Shown one piece after another: positions 10,989 to 22,524 of a stretch of DNA of 64,000 nt. The position numbers and the translations under genes are program-made. The stretch is taken from positions 186,001-250,000 of the forward strand of contig BCGN01000008.1 of assembly GCA_001599295.1 (NCBI GenBank), read 5' to 3'. The first letter of the stretch is position 1, and every line of letters begins with the position of its first letter. Source of the DNA: Sporopachydermia quercuum (lineage: Eukaryota). The notes under the pieces were generated by a model. The model had not been told where the DNA came from. It did not search any database and saw only the letters and a program-made list of their open reading frames with translations.

Positions 10989-12227
10989 TGTTGGTGATTC
11001 TATATATTTATAGTAAAGAAAATACTCAATGACAGTCAAAGTAGTGCTGATTTTAACTGAATGGTATTTGATGAAGTAATCTTCTAGTAAATTTTCTATT
11101 ACAATACTTTTCAAGCTTTTGTTTAATTAATCAATCATTAGTTTGATTAATTGATGGATTGATTGGTATATATAATAGGAAAGATCGAAATACTTTTCTG
11201 CATAATAGGTAGAAACAAGATGAGTAATTTGATAGTAGATGAAGGAAAGTACGGTTTGTGATATCGGCAGATTTGACAATTTGAAATATTCTAGGGAATA
11301 AAGCCTAGAAAGTGAAAAATGTCAGACACCCCTGAGAGTACGTAGTGATGTACGGTAAGAAAAATGACAAAATAGTAGGACATGGGATAAAAAGGATGAA
11401 TGATGAGATGAAAAGTGAGAACCCTGAGAAGAGATTGCATTAGATTCGCTTCACTGTCTGTTAGGCAGGAGTTTATTTGAGTAATGTGACTATATGATGA
11501 CTTTGACGCTTGAAATACAGTGAGACATGGATTGAGATCATCCCTGTTGGTATTTTTGTATGATCTTGTTTCATAAATACTCCAACTACTGTTTCTCACC
11601 GTTACATTTGAATGTAAAGAATACAAATGTAATAGTTTAATGAATGAGAAATAACCAATATGATTATGGAGATGGAATAAATGAAGATGACATGTCACAT
11701 TGATCAATCGTGACAATATATAACCATTCTTGTACCATCAACAATACATTAATTTTCCCTATAAAACTCGCACAATGGTCCGCAATTAGATCAATTATAC
11801 CCATATAAATATTTAACTATTCATCTAGAAAACGCTTGCTATAACCATTGCTATTGTTCCTCTCTCATACTAATTATCAGCAATCCATTGAGCTTTTATC
11901 TTGACCCTTCATGTCATATAATCAATGTCTTGTCATCGCGATTTCCCTTACCTTTGACAGACAGACATTTTGTCACATCATGGCTCTTCAATGTGAGTCA
12001 TAATATAATCATACTTAATTTCCTTTTACAACAACCACTAATTATAACCGGATAGAAAAAAGTCTGTAAGGTAAACCTATACATAAAACGTATCCACAGT
12101 TTGCTAAAACAACTATTAAATATCGAATCAAACCGTCTCTTACATTTTAGTCAGATTTACCATATATTTTCTCAAGTTAATCATTGCATTATGGTGCCCT
12201 CAAGCAAACCGTTGCGTACCGTGTCAT

Positions 12228-12416
12228 ATTCACGCCATGTCAGGTATTCGAACTGTCGAAATAATTCTTTTTAGGGCTGGATCATGTTTTAGTTCCTGAT
12301 ATGTGAGAGAACAATAGTTGCCCATCTGTTACTCCCACTTAAATTTTGATCATATCCGGTAATTCCTAAGATAGGTAGATCGGATATGAAGGCTTCCATC
12401 GGTATTTAAGACATTG
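12228..12416 (+). ncRNA. Candidate box H/ACA snoRNA (target unassigned)
   Basis: Long hairpin 12228-12307, H-box-like AGAACA 12308-12313, second hairpin 12338-12410, then ACA 12411-12413 plus 3 nt. The wobble pairs are G.U on the + strand. Confidence 0.5.
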
Positions 12417-13324
12417 GATCAATTAAATAGGTAATTCCTTAATTCCTCTTCATAGTAAAACTTTATGTGTTGTAGGGAACACCGCATGTTCTGACATTTT
12501 TTTCAGAAGCAACACAGTCAATAAATATGTCTTTATCCATTACAAGGGCAAGAAAACAACAATCAAAACCGGAAAATTACTGCAGGAAATGAAATTTGTT
12601 TTGCTCAAGTTTTATTGTAGTCAAGCTTTTATAATGTCATTTTAATGGTACTTTATTGTTGGTTTATTGATATTGTATTTTTGTAAGCCGAGGGCCAGAA
12701 GCAATGATTGAAGCAATGATTTAAAGTTTCGTAAGTGCGCCAATCATACATCTATTTTTCCGGTTAACTCACCATATATTATGAGCTTTCTGACGAACAA
12801 GCCAGTTTAAATGAAGAGAAACAAATACCAATGAAAATGAGAACGAGACTTCACGAATGATGAAATATGAATGGAGACCAATTCAAATCACTTATGGAAT
12901 TTTCGGTGTACATTTATGGGAAATTACTTCTGGCACTTGGAAGTAATGCTCTTATCATCTACCAAACAATTGACTTATCAAATCATTGACACTTTACAAC
13001 GGCTTTCTTCTATTATCACAAGTCAAACAAAACCACCATAACCATTGCCTCTCAAAATGTCGCTCATTTTGCGATCCGTGACTTGAATTAATTCTTTCTG
13101 TCTGTCCTGTCCTCTTGATTGAACAAAACATAATACGAAAATTCACTACACATATTCAAAACTCACTCCACGTCTCCTTTCAGTAGTTTTTTATATCCTA
13201 ATTTCAACTCTGCGCCACATTGTGGCATTGACTTACTCTTAGTTCCACTTTTAGTAAAACACGTTGAACTTTAATTTGTCAACGGTCTTACTCCCAATTC
13301 GGACATTCAACGTCCCAAGTTTCT

Positions 13325-13372
13325 TTCTAGAATCTTCCAGTACCTTCTCATACTTTCTAGTCCATTCAAGAA
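13325..13372. promoter_or_regulatory. Extended heat shock element (Hsf1 array)
   Basis: Perfect TTCtaGAAtcTTC at 13325-13337, further TTC at 13345, 13355 and 13365 in 10-bp phase, closing GAA at 13370. TATAAATA at 13492-13499 lies upstream of the sHsp-like gene. Confidence 0.85.
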
Positions 13373-13699
13373 CTATCTTTATCAATAGAAATTGCCTGTT
13401 TCAGATTCTATCATTATCTCACCAAAGGTAGTTTATGCTATCGCGATAAATATATTGCCTTCCACTTAGTAATCACTATTATGATAAACCGTATAAATAA
13501 ACGCGTTGATACCTATTTTCGACAAACTTGGTTAACATTCTTGTTGCTATTGCATTATCAATAGAAAAGATCAACTTGCATACAATCAAGAGATCTTAAC
13601 TAATAGAAACAAACAATACATTAATTCAAATCAAATTAAATCAAATTAAACGATACGAATAGTAATTTGATAATAACATACTAAGCACAACAAACGGAA

Positions 13700-14671
13700 A
13701 TGTCAAATCATCTTTCTTCCCCCGTTATGGTCCTCGGAGCTGGTCCAAGTTCATCTCCTTTTGACGAATTCTTTGATTTTTTCTCTGCTCGACCAAGTTA
13801 CTACAATAACTCATCACAATTTGATAGGTATTCTCAAAAACCTTTGAGAAATCGATGTGGTCGTTCTTCGAGGCAACCACTTGAAGCTGCTGATTTTATG
13901 GATCCTTTTAGCTTATTTTCGTTTGGCCAACCTATAACCTCAAGACCAGGAACGACTTCGCACAAGACACATTGCCAACAAAAACAAAAGGATGTCAATA
14001 AGAAGAATTCCACACCTACGGTGATCAAACCAAAAGTGGTTTCTCCTACAAAAATTATAAGAGAAATCACAGTCAATCCTGAGGTGAATGTTAACAGCAA
14101 AGAGAACCAAATATCAGTTCAAACAACTTTGCAAGGAATAACACCTGAGAGCCTTTCATTGGATTTCGATGCTTCTAACAACGAATTGATCCTGAGTGGC
14201 ATTATTATAGATGAAGCTACTAAACCAAATAAGGATAATCAACTGGTGAAGACTATTGCTTCTTTCAATAAAGTAATCCCTTTACCAGTGAAACGTCAAG
14301 AAAGAATTTTAGAAGATAGTATATGTGCTTCTTTGAACAATTCAGTCGTTACTATCACATTGAAGAAGAAATTACCAACGAAGAGAAGAATCAGAGTTGA
14401 AACCAATTCCAACTCTAAGCCAGGAAATGACATAGAAACTGAACCTTTGAATGAATCAATGGATATTGATCACGAAAGCTCAGTTGAAGACAGCAATTCA
14501 TTGAAACGAACAGATAATGAAGTTGAAACTAATGATGATTCCTCGTACGACTCTGACTCATCTGTTTCCTCTGAGACATTAGAAGCATCACCAAGAATAA
14601 AAAGGGTCAGATCTCCATTAATGGAAAATATCACTGATGATTCAGAAACTATTCTTCAATTTGGTGCTTAA
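13700..14671 (+). CDS. Small heat shock (alpha-crystallin domain) protein, possibly a Btn2-like sequestrase
   Basis: ACD-like core (PEVNV..LQGITPESLSLDFD..ELILSG..FNKVIPLP..ICASLNNSVVTITLKK), IRV motif, acidic tail with SPLMENITDD, strong HSE upstream. Confidence 0.75.
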   Translation: MSNHLSSPVMVLGAGPSSSPFDEFFDFFSARPSYYNNSSQFDRYSQKPLRNRCGRSSRQPLEAADFMDPFSLFSFGQPITSRPGTTSHKTHCQQKQKDVNKKNSTPTVIKPKVVSPTKIIREITVNPEVNVNSKENQISVQTTLQGITPESLSLDFDASNNELILSGIIIDEATKPNKDNQLVKTIASFNKVIPLPVKRQERILEDSICASLNNSVVTITLKKKLPTKRRIRVETNSNSKPGNDIETEPLNESMDIDHESSVEDSNSLKRTDNEVETNDDSSYDSDSSVSSETLEASPRIKRVRSPLMENITDDSETILQFGA

Positions 14672-15040
14672 ATGAAGGGTCAATCGATTATAATCTAATG
14701 AATGAATTAATGGTGGGCAATCTATATGCATGTATCTTAGAGACCAATAATTAACTGCAAAATCATTTCAATGATGTGTGATTTATGGTATAAATAATAG
14801 TAACAATAATGATAGTATATTCAATGGATTAGTTAGAGAACTTGTAGACTATATTGTAGTTGTTATAAATAAATTGAAACAAACACTCCTGCTACTGTAA
14901 ACATCAAGAACATAAACCCATATTTCTCCATAGTATGTTCTAAAAACGCACCATATTATAAATGATATATACCTTAATATAATTTATCATTCATTTTACT
15001 ATATACATAATTATTCTTCCACCTTTTCTCTAAAAAGCAT

Positions 15041-16288
15041 TTACATATACTTTCGGACATGCTTAAGTTTCTTAGTGAAATCAGTACGTGCTGATTGATT
15101 TCTATTCTTTAAAAGTGTTGCTAACATAATAATAGTGAAACAGCATAATCCGTACCATGTTATGATATATTGGAAATGATTGTTCCTCAACTCAACTTTT
15201 GGTTCCTTTGCCAATGGCACTCCAGCAGCAATAAACTGTATAGGTAAAAACTCATGGTCATCACTATCGGCTTCAACCTTGCCTCCTGTCTTATATTGAT
15301 TATCACTTAAGTTCAAGATTGCTTGAAGACAAACGGGCTGTGATCCAGTTTCCTCGGCAATTCCTTCAATATCCATGAAATGATAGTCGCCCTCGGCACG
15401 GTTGCCTTCGGGAGTAAACATGTTTTTTTTAGGATTTGCTCGTAATAGACATTGTAGTTCGACTTCGCCGTCCGGAAGACTTAAATGTTTTAGTTTTCTG
15501 GATTTCGGGTCCAATTTATTTTTAGCAATCCATCCCCTATTGACAAGGACTTTACTTCCATTAGTTCTTTCCAATGGCGTGACAATGTCGTAACCTGATT
15601 CACCGTTCCTAATTCTAGGACCAATATGAGCTTCTTGATCATGTCTGAATTTTCCCTTGACTAAAACGCGTCTGTAATCGAATTCCGGTATAACTTCAGG
15701 GCTTATTTCCCAATAGTTAGTATGATACTAAATCTGGGTATTTGGATTATATGTCGTAAATCATGAATCTAAAAACTGATAAAGTACTTACTTCACGGAT
15801 GGCGGTAATGGTAACGGAGGAAGAGCTAAACGGTCTTCACATTTAGCAATTAGATCAACTTTCCATTGCAGACGATACAACTGCCAAGTTCCCAATCCAA
15901 ATGAAATAACAGGCATCAATACTATTGGGCTTGTTAGTTGAAACAAGTCATAACAGAGTAATAAGTTCAGTAATCTGGTATATATAATATCAAAGAATGA
16001 ACAAATGTAACAATTGCACCTGCTGAGTGCCCTTCTCTTCTAAACAGCCAGAATCACTAACTTCTCTCAATTTTCTATTATTAACATACCCATTAAGCCC
16101 ATCAGAACACCTCGGCCAAATCTATGTTCACTCTTTCTTGAGTCCTTGCTTTTAATGGGTTTCCAATCAACCATACTTGATTTGACTAGTCGTGGCGCCA
16201 TTGTAGTGAAGTTTCTACCACTTGATACTCTACAACAAGGCAGTAGTACGCTCCTCCGGGAGCTCTGAATTATCAATGATTTCATCAT
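15041..16288 (-). CDS. SHY1: Cytochrome c oxidase assembly factor Shy1/SURF1, 3 exons
   Basis: Exons 16288-16090, 15921-15792, 15701-15041 (329 aa). Introns GTATGT..AACTAAC..TAG and GTAAGT..TACTAAC..AAG. Motifs FGLGTWQLYRLQWK, LVNRGW, NNHFQYIITWYGL. Confidence 0.93.
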
Positions 16289-16952
16289 TTTGACTTCAGC
16301 TTCAATTAGCAGACAAACAGGTGTTAATCAATAAAATGTCTGAGGTGCTCTTGTTATGAGAATATGTACAGAAATCCAGCAAAGCATGGGTGACATTGCC
16401 AATTTCAAACAATCTCAATAAAGATCTAATTTCTAATAGACGCTGTATTTTCCGACACTCGTATTCCACCAGTATTATTGTGAGAAATAGAAGAAATAAT
16501 TACTTCCTTATCTAACGATGTTTCATGAATGAATTCTTTTCTCCATCACAGACACCTGAGAAAGGTTCAATTGGAGAGACAACGAGACGAGACGTGAAGA
16601 ACTAGCGCAGGCATGATGTATGTTATTAGATTATATAATCAGTATTAAACTCTCATCAACCACCAATAAATAAGGATTACTTAATCTGTATTATGATATT
16701 ATGTATTCTTTTGTTGATAGAGTTTAGTGTAAATAAACCAGACAGGAAGGAGATCAAATCAAATGATTCACGTATTTTGCTACCTGCTTATAAAAATCTC
16801 CGTATTCCAGCAACTTTCTACTGTCAACAGATTATCTATGAGAGACGCTAATCTTATTACTTCTTTCCGTCTATTTTCTCCGATCCCAATTCTAAAGCAG
16901 AAGTCCACAGAGCCTAGCTTATCAAAACATTCAACTGATAACGCGTATCACA

Positions 16953-17723
16953 ATGTCTTCAAAGGAAAAATCACGACCATCAACACCTCATCGATTGATA
17001 CAAAATACAAATTTATCAATCCATGGACCACCATCAGGAGGTCACTATGGAAATGATAATGATACAATGCCTCTAGAGAAAGCCTTGGGATCTTCTGTCT
17101 TTGGAGAGATGTCAGATGCATTGGCTGATTTAGATGTCAATATTACCAATTTACAGGAGATCCACGAGAATTTGACAGATTTCAATGAAAGTTTTGCTGC
17201 ATTTTTGTATGGCTTGAAAATGAATGCTTGGTGTGTTGAATTCAATGAAGCACCTTCACTTGAAAATATACAACGTATGAACGAATTATCTTCCTATCAA
17301 GATAACAACGAAGGAAATAGAATGCATGAAATGGATGTTGATAAACCATCAAATACCATTCAAACTTTACATCAGACTTCTCATATGCGTGGTAATAACG
17401 GAATCGGCACTGTCCATAGCGGCGGTAACAATGCTAGTAGTACGAATAGCAATCAAAACAGTGAGTCAGTAAAGTCACAAGATCCTGAAGATTTAGAAGA
17501 TGAAACTACATACATGACAAATGATGGATCATTTATTGTTCAACCCAAACCTTCTGAACCTTCTAAACGAAAGCCGTTGACAGCTACAGTAGTAGCAGCA
17601 TCGGCTCCTTCAAGGATACCTCAAGCAAGGAAACCTGAAAGAAGCAAGATGCCGCATGGATACCGAGAGACAAAAAGTTCTTTGAGAAGACAGCAAATGA
17701 TAGCCGAAAAAATGAAGAAGTAA
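16953..17723 (+). CDS. DAM1: DASH/Dam1 kinetochore complex subunit Dam1
   Basis: RPSTP N-terminus, LSDALADL-like core followed by IHENLTDFNESFAAFLYGLKMNAWCVEF, C-terminal SRIP. Confidence 0.92.
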   Translation: MSSKEKSRPSTPHRLIQNTNLSIHGPPSGGHYGNDNDTMPLEKALGSSVFGEMSDALADLDVNITNLQEIHENLTDFNESFAAFLYGLKMNAWCVEFNEAPSLENIQRMNELSSYQDNNEGNRMHEMDVDKPSNTIQTLHQTSHMRGNNGIGTVHSGGNNASSTNSNQNSESVKSQDPEDLEDETTYMTNDGSFIVQPKPSEPSKRKPLTATVVAASAPSRIPQARKPERSKMPHGYRETKSSLRRQQMIAEKMKK

Positions 17724-18096
17724 AATACTTGCCTTTGCTTTCTATGGGTATTATATGACAAATCCTAAAAGGAATCTACATATATTGGTAGAAGCACAAA
17801 TGTTCCAACTTAAAACAGTGTGATGCTGCTGTTTAGTGCGGTGTCATACTGATGCTAACATTGTATTTGACTATGTACCTGTTTTTGATGATTTGATTGG
17901 GAAGATCGAATCCTGTTTCAAATATGATACTAAAACAGCTTTGTAAACCACTCGAATACGTTAAAATATCTCATATCATATTATGGTATTTTATTAATTG
18001 ACTACTCTTTCTTATCAACACATCTATTACTCATCAGTACTTAATATACAAGCTATAAAACAGCACCATTATTTGCAGACTACATCACTCTAAGAA

Positions 18097-21000
18097 TTAG
18101 CCAAACGTTGATGAACCTCCTTTGCCTATCTTTTTCCTTGCAGATAATCTCCAGCTGTCTTGATTAGCTGCGTATCTGTCAAACAATGGAGTGATCTTCT
18201 CCTGTTGCTTTCTCTTGCTAAGCTTTGAACTATCAGCAACTTTGAAAAACGTCGGTGCAGCCTCAGCAAGCCATTTCGGATCAATCGTTGTTACTCCATG
18301 CATGTACTCCTTAGATGTCAATAACAGAGTATGATATATAACATATTCAGCGGCTTTGCCATACAATGCACTAGATGGATGCATATAAACAGGAGTACTC
18401 TCGACCAACGTTTTGTAACCTTCTTGAGGGTCCTTCCTAGCAGCATTTCTGAAAAAACCTGAACAGAAAGCTTTTCGTATATCTTCGGTTCTTCTATCAC
18501 AAGATATAATTGCATTTTTATATCTTTGCATGATAGCTACCAACTGTCGACGAACATCTTGGGCCCTTCGCATGCCTCGATCCTGTATAAAGTTCTCCAT
18601 ACACCATGTTTTAGAACAACCATTCTGAATCCAAGCGTTATAAACATTAAGAAGAGTCAAATGATCACCATTGACATCGTGAAACCTAGCTTTCTTCTGA
18701 TCCGCCTGTTGCTGCTTCTCTTTAGGTCTATAGAAAACAGTCTGAACAGATAACATAGCAACAATAGATAATACTTCCTCAGAACAACCAAAATCAACTG
18801 AGGCCAATAGTACTTTGGCTAATTCAGGTCTCATAGGGAAATCAGCCATTTTCCTTCCTAATCTTGTCAATAAACCTTCATCATCTAAAGCTGATAGACT
18901 ATACAAATCCTCTAATGCTGTCAACATAGTATTAGTCGGTGGTGGGTCCATGAAGTCAAAATGAAGCAAGTCATTGATTCCCATAGCTTTCAACATCAGA
19001 ATAGTATGTGATAAGTTCTGTCTTTGAATCTCCGGGATAGTATTAGGTAGCATTTCATTCTCATAAGCATCATTGGTGTACAGACGATAGCATTTGCCTG
19101 GGCCTGTTCTTCCTGCTCTTCCTGCTCTTTGATTGGCCTGGGCTTGGGAAATTGGTGAGATGACAAGGGAGTCCATTCCAAGCTTAGGATCATAGGCATT
19201 CACTTTGACAAAACCAGGATCAACAACATAATAAATACCATCAATAGTAATTGACGTTTCAGCAATATTAGTTGCCACCACGACTTTCCTGCTGCCAGCT
19301 GGAGCAGGCTCAAAAATCCGGCTCTGCATCTCACTTGGTAAAGCTGAATATACTGGTAGGATAATCAATTCTGGTACCGATGGGCCTAAAGCTTTCATCC
19401 GTTCATATAAAGTCTCACAACAGGTATCAATTTCCTCCTGACCAGTAAGAAACACTAGAATATCACCAGTTGGTTCAGATAAATGAATCTGCATAACTGT
19501 TACTAATGCTGCTTCTAAATAATCAGGCTCAGGCTCTTTAGCATAGAGAATATCAACAGGATATGTTCTACCTGGTATGAACATTATAGGACAATCAAGA
19601 AAGTATGATGAGAACTTCTTGGAATCCAACGTGGCAGAGGTAACGATTAATTTCAAACTAGGTCTTCGTTGTGAAGCACTTTTCAGTAAAGCAAACAGAA
19701 TATCAGTGGCAACTGTTCTTTCGTGTGCTTCATCTAGCAAAATTACTGAATACTGTTTCAGATCAGGATCCAGTAAAGCCTCTCTTTGGAGCATACCATC
19801 TGTCATATACTTAATCCTTGTTCTATCACTGGTACAGTCTTCAAAACGAATAGTATATCCAACTTCTTCTCCTACTTTACAGCCAACTTCTTCTGCCACT
19901 CTTTTAGCTACGGATGTTGCTGCAACTCTTCTTGGTTGTGTGCATGCTACTATACCGTTGTTAGCATAGCCTTCCTCAGCAAGATACTGTGTTAACTGAG
20001 TAGTTTTGCCTGAACCTGTATCACCAACGACGATAATAATCTGATTATCTCGTATAGCGTCTAGGAAATGCTGACGGAACTGATACACAGGAAGAGACTC
20101 CCGTTGATCTTTGATGCTCATAGATGTTCTTTTCCCGTATGAGACATTCCTATTAGCTTTTCTCCACTCAGCAGCAGTTTGTAAGATACCTTGATCAACT
20201 GATTGGTTGTGCTGCTGCTGCTGTTGATACTGTTCAGCGGCCAATGGATCTTCCCCCTGATAATTTGCCCTTCTTTCAGTTGCTGCTTTCCTCTCAGCTT
20301 CTCGCTGGCTTTTGATTTTCTCTTCTTTCCTTTCCCTAGCTAACGCTGACCCGTTCATAGCTGCTCTATTCATTGATCCATCAGGAGCTTTCACAATTCT
20401 GATAGGACTCAATTCGAGAGTTTTCTTCGTCTGACCCCTCAGAAAGGGTGGTTCTTCTTCTTTCACTTCTATATCAATTTCTTCTTCTGGCTCATACAAA
20501 TCTTGGCTTGAATTACTAAACCTGCTGGAACTGTCTCTATCATCTTGATGTTCTTCTGCTGCTAGTTGTTTACTAGTTATAATACCTGCATTTCTTAGCT
20601 GTTCTAATTCCCATCTTTCTGGTGATGTCAATCGTTTTCTTGATCCTCTTGCAAAAGATTCGTTGGCCCGTGCCTGAGCAGCTGAACTTCCTTTCAACGG
20701 TATAGAATTACTACCAGAGGCATAATCAACACTTGGTGTAGTATCAGGTATCTCTTGGCCAGTTTTTTGGTCCACAGCTTTCATTGAAAGACTTATCCGG
20801 TTACCTTCTACTTTCAACACTTTAACGAAGACTTTTTGATTCTTGGACAAGACATCGGAAGGGTCTGTAATCATAGATAAGCTGATGGTTGATTTATGAA
20901 CTAGTCCATCGGGCTTATGTTCTACTTCGTTTAAGCGAACGAATGCCCCAAACGCTGTTAACGTTTTCACCCTTCCTGTATAGATTTTACCAACAATAGG

Positions 21001-21660
21001 CTTAGGATCCAGAATTTGCCGAGCAGAGTTCGCCGAGTCGTTGAATTGGTCTCCTCTGGAGATCCGAGAATCATTCCTATTCCGTATAGGTCTACCGAAT
21101 TCATCGGTATTACTTTGGGAATCCGGACTTCTACTGCGACTCCGGCTGTGACTGTGTCTTCCGTTCCGAAAGCTGTTCCGAGAGCTGGTTTCACGTCTAT
21201 TTCTACCAACCTCTGATTTATGGTTATTTCGTGTACCATTATTACTCATTATATCATCTTTATTGCTGCTAGTTCTTTCATTGATTAAATCCGATTCTTC
21301 CCACTTTTGTCCATTTTCTAGTGTCAATCCCGTAAAAATCCGCTCTTTAGTTTTCAAATCATTCCGTAGTTCCCCATCCGTGATAGTTTCCGATTTCGAC
21401 ATCTTTTCCGTTTTCCTTCTCTGCTTATATTTCGGATGAAGCTGTACAATCAACGAGTCCATCTTGTGAATAAACGACTCGGAAAACTCGGCTCCCATTT
21501 CATTCAACTGCTTCTTAAATTCCTCCACGCTGTTGCATTTTTCATGGATATCCAACACAAACTGAGCTAATGTCTTGTCTTCTATACCAATGAAGTGTGA
21601 TATCTCTGTGGTTAGTTTTGACACTAAGGAAATGACTTCCAGTTGTTGTAGTTCATCCAT
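18097..21660 (-). CDS. PRP22: DEAH-box spliceosomal helicase Prp22 (DHX8)
   Basis: S1 domain, RS-rich patch, RLTSPERWE, GDTGSGKTTQ, DEAHERT, SAT, QRAGRAGRTGPGKC. Confidence 0.96.
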   Translation of the reverse strand: MDELQQLEVISLVSKLTTEISHFIGIEDKTLAQFVLDIHEKCNSVEEFKKQLNEMGAEFSESFIHKMDSLIVQLHPKYKQRRKTEKMSKSETITDGELRNDLKTKERIFTGLTLENGQKWEESDLINERTSSNKDDIMSNNGTRNNHKSEVGRNRRETSSRNSFRNGRHSHSRSRSRSPDSQSNTDEFGRPIRNRNDSRISRGDQFNDSANSARQILDPKPIVGKIYTGRVKTLTAFGAFVRLNEVEHKPDGLVHKSTISLSMITDPSDVLSKNQKVFVKVLKVEGNRISLSMKAVDQKTGQEIPDTTPSVDYASGSNSIPLKGSSAAQARANESFARGSRKRLTSPERWELEQLRNAGIITSKQLAAEEHQDDRDSSSRFSNSSQDLYEPEEEIDIEVKEEEPPFLRGQTKKTLELSPIRIVKAPDGSMNRAAMNGSALARERKEEKIKSQREAERKAATERRANYQGEDPLAAEQYQQQQQHNQSVDQGILQTAAEWRKANRNVSYGKRTSMSIKDQRESLPVYQFRQHFLDAIRDNQIIIVVGDTGSGKTTQLTQYLAEEGYANNGIVACTQPRRVAATSVAKRVAEEVGCKVGEEVGYTIRFEDCTSDRTRIKYMTDGMLQREALLDPDLKQYSVILLDEAHERTVATDILFALLKSASQRRPSLKLIVTSATLDSKKFSSYFLDCPIMFIPGRTYPVDILYAKEPEPDYLEAALVTVMQIHLSEPTGDILVFLTGQEEIDTCCETLYERMKALGPSVPELIILPVYSALPSEMQSRIFEPAPAGSRKVVVATNIAETSITIDGIYYVVDPGFVKVNAYDPKLGMDSLVISPISQAQANQRAGRAGRTGPGKCYRLYTNDAYENEMLPNTIPEIQRQNLSHTILMLKAMGINDLLHFDFMDPPPTNTMLTALEDLYSLSALDDEGLLTRLGRKMADFPMRPELAKVLLASVDFGCSEEVLSIVAMLSVQTVFYRPKEKQQQADQKKARFHDVNGDHLTLLNVYNAWIQNGCSKTWCMENFIQDRGMRRAQDVRRQLVAIMQRYKNAIISCDRRTEDIRKAFCSGFFRNAARKDPQEGYKTLVESTPVYMHPSSALYGKAAEYVIYHTLLLTSKEYMHGVTTIDPKWLAEAAPTFFKVADSSKLSKRKQQEKITPLFDRYAANQDSWRLSARKKIGKGGSSTFG

Positions 21661-22524
21661 TATGAATGATCTGGCGATGCAAGGCTAAACATGAAAGCAT
21701 TAGAACATAAACTGAAAGGATTATTTGATAATAATCGTCGTTTTAGCGAATTCGATCTTGATATGATAATTGATGGGAAGTTTTGGCCTTCAAAATGAAA
21801 AAGAAGAAATCTTTACTATGATGAAAATTTCCAGTTCGAAAAGTAATAATCTCCGGTTTGTCATGAGGGAGTTTCTGAAGACAGGAATGCAAGAGAATTT
21901 CGGAAATGATTATGTAACGAGAGGTGTGAGCTAGTGCTGAGTTGAGTAAATCACTAGCTAGAATGCAATAGCATACTAGCTAAAGTGCTATTCTATATGC
22001 CTGAAGTGTCTTTTTTTTGAGATTAAAACGTTCGATAGCTATTAACCGAGCTACTGCAGGATAAAATAGCCATGAGTTCACAGGAAGTATGAATAGTACA
22101 CCATCATCTTGATTATATACAGTTGTGCTAACTCTTTCAAAATACTAATAAATTGAAGATAGATATATAGATTCAATACGATCAAACAACTATAGTACTA
22201 GCAAATATTCAAATCTCCCGTAAACAAGAAATTCTCCTGATAATCTTTCCCAAACTTTCCGATTATTTTCTCACGTGACTTTATTCATAATTTCCGCTAT
22301 TTGAAATTCCGGACACAATACCTTCTCTCTCAATAGAACAAAACTGTTAGCATCATCACATATCTTCTCTCCTCTCTTTATAACACTACTATATCAATTA
22401 ATTATTGACGATCTCCTCCTTTTTCTATCTCTAATTCATCCTTCCTTTCTTTTCTTTGCCTTGACATTTTTCATCCTGACTTTAGTTTCTATGGATACCT
22501 TTTGCCAGTCGGTTAAGATCAGCA

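Noticed and set aside
11291..11716. 141-aa ORF upstream of AAT1
   Set aside because: Non-ATG start, no motif, overlaps promoter elements.
12328..12336. GTTACTCCC complementary to 25S helix 69 (snR191-type target)
   Set aside because: It sits in the hinge rather than in a pocket, and a 9-nt rRNA match is expected by chance.
21930..22036. Two small inverted repeats (AGCTAGTG/CACTAGCT; AATAGCA/TGCTATT), a T8 run and GTTCGA, suggesting a tRNA or MITE
   Set aside because: No cloverleaf, the B-box-like word lies after the T-run, and there are no terminal repeats with a target-site duplication.
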